Shown piece by piece: positions 6,973-13,876 of a DNA stretch of 24,000 bases. A program made the translations under genes and the position numbers. Source of the DNA: Rhodospirillaceae bacterium bin65 (GTDB lineage: Bacteria > Pseudomonadota > Alphaproteobacteria > Bin65); the NCBI GenBank assembly GCA_002238725.1, contig MPMX01000005.1, positions 28,150 through 52,149 of the forward strand. Reading direction: 5' to 3'. The notes under the pieces were generated by a model. The model saw only the letters and a program-made list of their open reading frames with translations, did not search any database and was not told the origin of the DNA. Each line of letters opens with the position of its first letter. The first letter of the stretch is position 1.

Positions 6973-9348
6973 GTGGCTCCGACGATGGCAGACCAGCCCG
7001 GCAACCCGACGCGGCCGTTCGAGGCACGCTTTGCCGAGCGTGTGGTTGCGTTGCGCTGGCCGATCATTGCGGCCAGTCTCATCCTGGTGTTGATCGCTGG
7101 AGCCGGCGGCGCCTTTCTTCAATTTTCGACGAATTACCGGATCTTTTTCAGCCAGGATAATCCCGAGCTCTTAGCCTACGAAGCGCTGGAGAACACCTAC
7201 GGGAAGACTGAAAACGTCCTCTTCATGATCGTGCCGGAGGCCGGCGACGCCAGCTCGGAACCGGCCCTCAAGGCCGCGGTCTGGCTGACCGAACGGGCCT
7301 GGCAGACGCCCTATTCCCGCCGGGTCGATTCGATCGCCAATTTCCAGCATACGACGGCGGTCGGCGACGATCTGGTGGTGCGCGACCTCGTCGATTCCGC
7401 AAAGCTGGGCGATCCGGAGGAACGGGCGCGGATCCGCGCCGCGGCCCTCGCCGACCCGCGGCTCAAGGGCAGCCTCCTGGCGCGGGACGGCCGCGTCAGC
7501 GCTGTCAACGTCACCGTCGAGTTGCCGGAGGAAGACCAGGCGATCCGGGTACCCGAGGTGGCCGGGTTCGCCCGCAAGCTCGCCGCCGAGGCGGAAAAGC
7601 GTTTTCCGGGCGTCGATGTCCGCGTCGTCGGGACGGTGATGATCAACCACACCTTCTCCCAGGCGTCGGTCGACAGCCAGAAAGTCTTCCTGCCCGCCAG
7701 CCTTGCGATCATGGCCCTGGTCCTCATCCTCCTGACCCGCGGCTTTGCAGGCGTCGCGGCGACCGGGCTGGTCATGGTCTTCTCCATCGTCGTGTCGATG
7801 GGGATGGGCGGATGGGTCGGCCTGCCGTTCACACCGCCGACGGCGCCGGCCCCGACCATCGTGCTGATGATCGTCGTCGCCAACTGCGTACATCTGCTGG
7901 TGACGTTGCAGCAGCGCCTGCGGGCCGGCGATTCGAAACGCGAGGCCATTGTCGAAGCCGTCAGGATCAACCTGCATCCGGTCTTTCTGGCCAGCGTGAC
8001 GACGGCGCTCGGCTTCCTGACCATGAACTTCTCCGAAGTGCCGCCCTACCGGCATCTCGGGAATTTCGTGGCCTTCGGCATTGTCGCCTCCTTCCTGCTC
8101 TCGGTCACCTTTCTGCCGGCGCTGCTTTCGCTCCTCCCCCTGCGCGCGCGCGGCTCCGGACGGCAGGACGACCGGGCCATGGCGGCCCTCGCGGACTTCG
8201 TGGTGCGCCGCCGCACGGCCGTGCTGTGGGGCTCGGTGGCGGTCGTGCTCGCGCTGCTGGCCGCCATCCCGCGCAACGATCTGAACGACGTGCTGGTCCA
8301 CTTCTTCGACGAGAGCACGGAGTTCCGGCAGGATACGGATTTCCTGGACGAACGGCTGAGCGGCAACACCCTGCTCGAATATTCGCTGCACGCGGCCGAA
8401 CCGGGCGGCGTCACCGATCCCGCCTTTCTCGCCAATGTCTCGGCCTTCGCCGACTGGTACCGCAAACAGCCGGAAACGCGGCACGTCGACTCGATTACCG
8501 ATACCTTCCGGCAACTCAACAAGAGCATGCATGGCGACGATCCGGCGACCTACCGGCTGCCGGCAAGCCGCGATCTCGCCGCGCAATACCTGCTGCTCTA
8601 CGAGCTTTCCCTGCCCCAGGGCCTGGACCTGAACAACCGGATCGACACGGCCAAATCGGCAACGCGCCTGACCGTGACGACCAGGACGCTCTCTTCCGGG
8701 GACGTGCTGGCCCTGAATGCGCGTGCGCGAGCCTGGCTGAAGGGCAATGCGCCGAAAATTACACGGGTCGACAGTTCAGGACCGGCGCTGCTGTTCGCCC
8801 ATATCGGGCAGCGCAACATCCGCGCCATGCTGCTCGGAACCGCGGTTGCGCTGCTCGGCATTTCGCTCATCCTGATTGCCGCCTTCCGTTCGCTCCGCCT
8901 CGGCTTCATGAGCCTCGTGCCCAATTTCGTGCCCGCCGTGATGGGATTCGGCGTTTGGGGGCTGATCGTCGGGCAGGTCGGCCTCGCCCTGTCGGTGGTG
9001 GTCGCCATGACAATCGGCATCGTCGTGGACGATACGGTGCACTTCCTCAGCAAATACCGCCGCGCGCGGCGCGAACTCGGCCATTCGTCGGAGGAGGCGG
9101 TTCGCTATGCCTTCCAGGCGGCCGGCCGGGCGCTCGTCACGACCACGGCCGTGCTGGTGGCGGGCTTCCTGATCCTCCTCCTGTCGCCGTTCATCCCGAC
9201 GGCGCAGGTCGGCCTTCTCACCGCGATGATCATCGGCTTCGCGCTGGTCGCCGACCTGCTGCTCCTGCCGGCGTTGCTGCTTGCGATCGACCGCGGCGAC
9301 CCGGCTTCCGGAAAGGCCGATACAGTCTCAGGCGACGCTGCCGCCTGA
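6973..9348 (+). CDS. RND-superfamily exporter, MMPL/COG1033-like (two-fold 6+6 TM architecture with two large periplasmic loops)
   Basis: 791 aa. An N-terminal TM (WPIIAASLILVLIAGAGGAF) and a ~170-aa loop are followed by a 5-TM bundle (...IVLMIVVANCVHLLVTL...FLASVTTALGFLTMNFSE...). The pattern then repeats in the second half (...GIVVDDTVHFLSKYRRAR...ALVTTTAVLVAGFLILLLSPF...). The track start at 6973 is a GTG; ATG 6985 is an alternative. No strong SD precedes either. Confidence 0.85.
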   Translation: MAPTMADQPGNPTRPFEARFAERVVALRWPIIAASLILVLIAGAGGAFLQFSTNYRIFFSQDNPELLAYEALENTYGKTENVLFMIVPEAGDASSEPALKAAVWLTERAWQTPYSRRVDSIANFQHTTAVGDDLVVRDLVDSAKLGDPEERARIRAAALADPRLKGSLLARDGRVSAVNVTVELPEEDQAIRVPEVAGFARKLAAEAEKRFPGVDVRVVGTVMINHTFSQASVDSQKVFLPASLAIMALVLILLTRGFAGVAATGLVMVFSIVVSMGMGGWVGLPFTPPTAPAPTIVLMIVVANCVHLLVTLQQRLRAGDSKREAIVEAVRINLHPVFLASVTTALGFLTMNFSEVPPYRHLGNFVAFGIVASFLLSVTFLPALLSLLPLRARGSGRQDDRAMAALADFVVRRRTAVLWGSVAVVLALLAAIPRNDLNDVLVHFFDESTEFRQDTDFLDERLSGNTLLEYSLHAAEPGGVTDPAFLANVSAFADWYRKQPETRHVDSITDTFRQLNKSMHGDDPATYRLPASRDLAAQYLLLYELSLPQGLDLNNRIDTAKSATRLTVTTRTLSSGDVLALNARARAWLKGNAPKITRVDSSGPALLFAHIGQRNIRAMLLGTAVALLGISLILIAAFRSLRLGFMSLVPNFVPAVMGFGVWGLIVGQVGLALSVVVAMTIGIVVDDTVHFLSKYRRARRELGHSSEEAVRYAFQAAGRALVTTTAVLVAGFLILLLSPFIPTAQVGLLTAMIIGFALVADLLLLPALLLAIDRGDPASGKADTVSGDAAA

Positions 9349-10665
9349 AGCCGCCGGGTTTCCGTCGAACGGCATGCCTTCGCCGCCGAAAACCCGGTTC
9401 GGGTCGAACTCGTTTTTCCAGCGGATGGCCGTTTCAAGCATGTCGCCATAGTGTTCCCGCCATTCGCCGGGTCCGTAACCCACGCGGCCCGACAGATAGG
9501 CTTTCCCGCCGAGTCCGATCAGCGTTCTGTCGATCCTCCGCAGCCGTTCCGCCAGTTCGTTTGCCCGTTCGAACTCGTCGAAAACGGCGAGGACCGAGTA
9601 TGAGAACATCCGTTCGCCCGCGGGGTGCATGAAAAGCGGCGCGCCGATATCCTGCGTTGCGATCGGGTAAATGCCGATCCAGATGTCCGGCGTGCGCGGC
9701 ACCCGGTCCGGGTCGAGCCACGGTTGGGCGAGCACCGTTCGAAGGGCCTCCCAGGGCATGAACCAGTCCCGCCAGGGGTGAAACATCCTCCGGCTGAACG
9801 CCCATCTCGGATACATTCCGGCGCGTCCGACGTCGGCTGAGTCCTTGGCGGAAACGATCTCGTCGTATCCCAAACCACTGAGCGTCCTGCCCTCGTCGTG
9901 ATCTTCGTCATATTCGACGCCGGCGCTCATGACGATATCCCGGTCATGGACCCGGGTTTCCGCCCGAATATGGTCGAACCTGTCTTCGCGGACGGCTTGT
10001 TCGAAGTCGTTCGCGAACCGGTCGAAGTCACGGTAGCGGAGCTCGTATTGCCGGATCCGTTTGCCGGCCTTTCGAAGCCGGATCCAGGCGTCGGTTACGA
10101 TGCCGAACTGGCCCTGACCGCCCCTGACTGCATCGAACAGGCCGGAATTCCTGCTGTTTGAGCACAAAACCTTCTCGCCGGTTCCGGTCACCACCTCGAG
10201 TTGCTCGACCTGCCCGGCCTGCACCCCGTGCCGATGGGACGTCGTTCCGAATCCTCCCGCAGACAGCGTGCCGCCCACGCTGACTTCCGCCGTGTCTACG
10301 AGAATCCGCGGGAGTCCGCTCGTTTCGCGCAGCGCGTCGACAATCGAGCCCCACTGCGCTCCCCCTTGCGCGCGCACCAGGTCCGGGCCGGCGGTTTCGA
10401 CCCGACCGAGCCAGACCGTGTCGACCACCAGCCCGCCGTCGGTCAGGCTCTGGCCGCCCTGGGAGTGCCCGCCGCCGCGAATGGAAAGCCGAACGTCCTC
10501 TTTCGCCGCCCACCGGACAATGCCCGACACGTCCTCGACGCTCTTCGGCCGCGCCACCGCGCCCGGCGTCCGTTCGATCATTCTTCCGAAGTCGCGGGAC
10601 CGCGGATCGAGGTCCACCTGTTCTCTGCTCAGGCCCGGAATGACACCTCGTTCGTTCATTGGCAT
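9328..10665 (-). CDS. FAD-linked oxidase, PCMH/FAD_binding_4 type with a cytokinin-dehydrogenase-like C-terminal domain
   Basis: N-terminal FAD-binding block PKSVEDVSGIVRWAAKEDVRLSIRGGGHSQGGQSL (a GHS motif typical of covalent histidyl-FAD enzymes), then VGGTLSAGGFGTTSHRHG. The C-terminal LGGKAYLSGRVGYGPGEWREHYGDMLETAIRWKNEFDPNRVFGGEGMPF resembles the CKX C-terminal signature (YL...W..HFG..W......K..DP..i..PGQ.IF). The 3' end overlaps the convergent RND gene by 21 nt. Confidence 0.85.
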   Translation of the reverse strand: MPMNERGVIPGLSREQVDLDPRSRDFGRMIERTPGAVARPKSVEDVSGIVRWAAKEDVRLSIRGGGHSQGGQSLTDGGLVVDTVWLGRVETAGPDLVRAQGGAQWGSIVDALRETSGLPRILVDTAEVSVGGTLSAGGFGTTSHRHGVQAGQVEQLEVVTGTGEKVLCSNSRNSGLFDAVRGGQGQFGIVTDAWIRLRKAGKRIRQYELRYRDFDRFANDFEQAVREDRFDHIRAETRVHDRDIVMSAGVEYDEDHDEGRTLSGLGYDEIVSAKDSADVGRAGMYPRWAFSRRMFHPWRDWFMPWEALRTVLAQPWLDPDRVPRTPDIWIGIYPIATQDIGAPLFMHPAGERMFSYSVLAVFDEFERANELAERLRRIDRTLIGLGGKAYLSGRVGYGPGEWREHYGDMLETAIRWKNEFDPNRVFGGEGMPFDGNPAASGGSVA

Positions 10666-10819
10666 CCACTTTCCACGCTCGTTGTCGATGTCTTCGGGGC
10701 CCGGCGTTTCGGAGGCCCCGATACCTATCGCAGCAAAGCCTTTCCGCAGGCAACTCCCTGCACCGCCCGGAAGTCTGCGTCCTTGTAAAGCGCTTTGGGT
10801 CTACCTACGCTGCCGCGCG

Positions 10820-11689
10820 ATGAATCGAATTCAGCAACCGCCGGATACCGGGACCGAGATGGAAACCACTGTTTCCGAGCACTACGCCGACCTGACCGAG
10901 CGCATGGAAATGTTCGGCGGCGACCTGCTGGCCTGTCATTTCGGCCTTTGGGGCCCGGACACGACGACGGACCGGGAAGGCCTGCTGCGCGCCAACCGGA
11001 CGCTCGTGCAGGGGTGCGACCTCGGACCGGGGCGGCACGTGCTGGATGCCGGCTGCGGCGTCGGCGGCACTGCGATTACGCTGGCCGAGACCTGCGGCGT
11101 ACGCGTCACCGGCCTGACGATCTGCGAACCTCATATCGCCGTGGCGACGCAGCACGCGGAAGAGCGCGGAGTAGGCCACCTGGTCGACTTCCGTTACGGC
11201 GATTTCATGGATCTGCCGTTTCCCGATGCCAGTTTCGACGCTGTCCTGAATCACGAATCCTTCTGCTATGCGGAGGACAAGCTCGCCTATCTCCGGGGCG
11301 TGTACCGGGTGCTCAAGCCCGGCGGGCGCTGGCAGGCTCTCGAAGGGCTGCTGAGCGGTGCGCCCATGTCCGAAGAACAGGAAGCAAATCATGCCACCGC
11401 GCAGCGCGGCTGGCGCATGCCGCCGCTCGAGCGGTGGCGCGACGTGATTGCATTGCTCGACGAAGCCGGATTCGTCGACATTCGGGAGCGGGATCTTTCG
11501 TCGGAAGCGGCGCCGGCGACGAAACGGCTTCGCGACGGGTGGCTGTTGCTGACTTTCCTGAACCCCCGGTCCGGCGGGCTGAACAAGGCGTCCCAGGAAT
11601 TTATGGAAGCGACTGTCGGCTACGATCAGGGTCTGCGCGAAGGCGTGTTCACCTATCATTTCCTGTCCGGGGCCAAGCCGGATCGGTGA
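10820..11689 (+). CDS. Class I SAM-dependent methyltransferase (paralog 1)
   Basis: SAM motif I VLDAGCGVGGTAITLA, post-I acidic GLTICE, motif II/III FDAVLNHESFCY and VLKPGGRW. The N-terminal EHYADL...HFGLWGP block is as in the sarcosine/tocopherol/GPP-C-methyltransferase-type family. The track ORF (10268..) extends upstream into sequence antisense to the oxidase. I place the start at ATG 10820 (MNRIQQ...); ATG 10859 (METTVSEHY) is an alternative. Confidence 0.8.
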   Translation: MNRIQQPPDTGTEMETTVSEHYADLTERMEMFGGDLLACHFGLWGPDTTTDREGLLRANRTLVQGCDLGPGRHVLDAGCGVGGTAITLAETCGVRVTGLTICEPHIAVATQHAEERGVGHLVDFRYGDFMDLPFPDASFDAVLNHESFCYAEDKLAYLRGVYRVLKPGGRWQALEGLLSGAPMSEEQEANHATAQRGWRMPPLERWRDVIALLDEAGFVDIRERDLSSEAAPATKRLRDGWLLLTFLNPRSGGLNKASQEFMEATVGYDQGLREGVFTYHFLSGAKPDR

Positions 11690-11701
11690 CCTGTCCGGTC
11701 G

Positions 11702-11719
11702 CGGAATCTGTAAATTCCG
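11702..11719. terminator. Small hairpin between the two convergent methyltransferase genes
   Basis: CGGAAT (11702-11707), loop CTGTAA, ATTCCG (11714-11719). The stem is only 6 bp with no flanking T/A runs, so this is a weak candidate for a bidirectional terminator. Confidence 0.25.
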
Positions 11720-11747
11720 AACGCCCGAGGCCTGGATGGCGGCCGGA

Positions 11748-12647
11748 CTATGCGGGTTTCTGTGCGCAATACCGCTTGAGCTCGAAGCTCCCGTTTTTCC
11801 AGGCTTCGTACAGCGTTCCGAACTGATCGATCAGCCCGCGGATCCCCGGCGTTTCGACTCCGGCAAACTGTAGCGTGGCAAGGAAATTGTAGCTGTTTCC
11901 GACAAGCCGCAGGTTATCCGAATCCTTGCCGTCGAATCCCTCGAACTCGAGAATTTCCAAACCCGCTTCGTGCAGTTTCTCCGTGTAGGTGGACTGGGTC
12001 TCCAGACCGTCCACGGCAAATGGCTTGCACAGCGGCACGATGTGCTTCTCGTAGACATCGGCCGCCAGGCCGTCGCGCGCCATCCAGTCCATTGCCGCGA
12101 TCTTTCCCGAGGGCTTCAGTATCCGGCCCACTTCGAGAAGAAATTGCCTCCGGTCGCTGTAGTGGCAGGCGCTCTCTATGTTGACGACAGTATCGATCGA
12201 ATCGTCGGCGAAGGGCAGACTCTGCGAGCAATCCGCATATTCGAAGGAAATCCGGTTATCCAGATCCGCATCTGCCGCTTTTCCGGCGGCAATTTCCAGC
12301 TGCATCCTGTTGATGTTGACGCCGGTGACGGTGCATCCCCTGGACCGGGCCAATAGAATGGCGGTTCCGCCGACGCCGCATCCCGCATCCACCACATGGT
12401 GGCGTTCCTCGATTCCGGCCGGCGCAACAATGGCCTCGACCATGCGCTCCACGGCCCGGGCGAGGCCCGGTGAATCGACGAGAGATTCGCCGGGTTCGGG
12501 ACACTCCCCGGGCTCGAACAGTCCGAAATGGATATGGTCGCGGTTCCACCCGTTGAGGTAGATGCCGGGCGTGTTTTCGTCGTAGTAGCGTTCGGCCGCA
12601 CTTTTCTCTTCTGACGCGGATGTCTCCGGACGTTCGTTCACTGTCAT
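11748..12647 (-). CDS. Class I SAM-dependent methyltransferase (paralog 2)
   Basis: 299 aa. N-terminal ERYYDENTPGIYLNGWNRDHIHFGLF, SAM motif VVDAGCGVGGTAILLA, GVNINR, IDTVVNIESACHY and ILKPSGKIAAMDW. It aligns by eye with the 10820-11689 product along the whole Rossmann core. It is last in the minus-strand biosynthetic gene string. Confidence 0.85.
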   Translation of the reverse strand: MTVNERPETSASEEKSAAERYYDENTPGIYLNGWNRDHIHFGLFEPGECPEPGESLVDSPGLARAVERMVEAIVAPAGIEERHHVVDAGCGVGGTAILLARSRGCTVTGVNINRMQLEIAAGKAADADLDNRISFEYADCSQSLPFADDSIDTVVNIESACHYSDRRQFLLEVGRILKPSGKIAAMDWMARDGLAADVYEKHIVPLCKPFAVDGLETQSTYTEKLHEAGLEILEFEGFDGKDSDNLRLVGNSYNFLATLQFAGVETPGIRGLIDQFGTLYEAWKNGSFELKRYCAQKPA

Positions 12648-12748
12648 CGCCTCAGGATTGCGCTACCGTTCCGCAGGATGTCCGAACATAACATTTCCGC
12701 GGTCCCGGAGCGAGGGCCGGGCGTTCGTATCGGGATGTCGACCGACGA

Positions 12749-13867
12749 TTATGAAGTCGGCGCGGCGATCAGCACCATGTAAACGTAGCCCTTGACCTGC
12801 CCGATGCCGTCGCCGTCCAACACGATCTTGAAGTGGTGAATGCCGCGCAGCAGCACAAACTGGCCGGACCTCGAAAACAGCGTCGTCGGCCCCGCCGTCC
12901 ATCCTGACAGCGCGGACAATTTCTGCGGCACGCCAAGACCTTCCGTGCGCAGGCCGTCGACGAAGGTATTCCAAAGGCGGGGATCGTCCAGCCAATAGCG
13001 CGGATCCTTAGACACCCTTTCCTTGGCAATGAAACTCAGTCCGAGCGTTGGGCCCAGACCGCCGGACAAGACGTCGAAATGCGCCCCCAGGGCGACGAAC
13101 CCGCCATGTTTTTCGAAGCGCGAGACAGCGGCCGCGGCGGCCGGGCGCTGTCCCGGCCAGCCCGCGCGTTCGAGGAATGCCGCCAGATCCTGCGAGTTCC
13201 GAAACCCCGTCACTGCAAGCCGGAGCGCTCGTTCCCGCGAAGGGAAGGCGCCAAAGGATTCGACTCGCGTGTCCGGCCTTTGCGCCAGGTAAATCCGCTC
13301 TGCATGCTGCCGCTCGGCGGCATCGGGGCTCCAACCAACGGCGGATACCAGCGCGTCGAGCACCGTACCGACATCGCCGAGGCATCGGCCGTCGCCCACC
13401 ATCGGCCGTTCTGCCGGCCGGAGAAAGATGCCGGGATCCGCCGGCGCGTCGTCGGGTCTCGAAGCGACGTCGTATTCGAGCATCATCTTCCGTCCGACGA
13501 CCTGGCAAAGCGGCGAATCGTCGGGCTCGGTTTGCTCCAGCAGTTGCGCGATGGCCGAAGCTGACGGAACCGGTTTGTCCAGCCGCGCCTGTTTTTCGAA
13601 ATACGCCGCCGGTCCGGTGCCGCCGACAACCGAAACTCCGAGGTCGGCGCCCGGCCGGGTCTCGTGCAGCGGCAGTTCGAAGCCGAACGGGAAGGCGGCC
13701 ACGGCCGCCGGCAGGTCCCGGGCGCGCTCCAGGACACTTTCCCACTCACGGTCACCGATCAGGACGGGCGATATCTGGCCCCTCAACCGTTCCAGCACTT
13801 CGGCCATGGAGCCGGCTTCGCCGGCGAGGCGCTCCTGGGTCACGGCCAGGCCTTCCTCAAAATTCAT
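12749..13867 (-). CDS. Hypothetical protein, 372 aa, with no family motif I recognise; translationally coupled to the cyclodehydratase
   Basis: Excellent SD GAGGAG 5 nt before ATG 13867, sitting inside the last codons of the upstream gene (stop at 13877). The composition is protein-like rather than the R/G/P-rich shadow type. There are five pairs of beta-strand-like segments separated by helix-like segments (see finding). No cofactor or catalytic motif was identified. Confidence 0.7.
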   Translation of the reverse strand: MNFEEGLAVTQERLAGEAGSMAEVLERLRGQISPVLIGDREWESVLERARDLPAAVAAFPFGFELPLHETRPGADLGVSVVGGTGPAAYFEKQARLDKPVPSASAIAQLLEQTEPDDSPLCQVVGRKMMLEYDVASRPDDAPADPGIFLRPAERPMVGDGRCLGDVGTVLDALVSAVGWSPDAAERQHAERIYLAQRPDTRVESFGAFPSRERALRLAVTGFRNSQDLAAFLERAGWPGQRPAAAAAVSRFEKHGGFVALGAHFDVLSGGLGPTLGLSFIAKERVSKDPRYWLDDPRLWNTFVDGLRTEGLGVPQKLSALSGWTAGPTTLFSRSGQFVLLRGIHHFKIVLDGDGIGQVKGYVYMVLIAAPTS

Positions 13868-13876
13868 ATCCGCTCC

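Noticed and set aside
7171-8586. 471-aa minus ORF, and the 606-aa + ORF at 7812..9632
   Set aside because: These are antisense or off-frame relative to the RND transporter, whose hydrophobic 12-TM pattern identifies the true frame.
10268-10819. 5' part of the 473-aa + ORF upstream of the methyltransferase start
   Set aside because: This part is antisense to the FAD oxidase CDS and translates to S/P/R/T-rich sequence. Methyltransferase-like sequence only begins after ATG 10820 or 10859.
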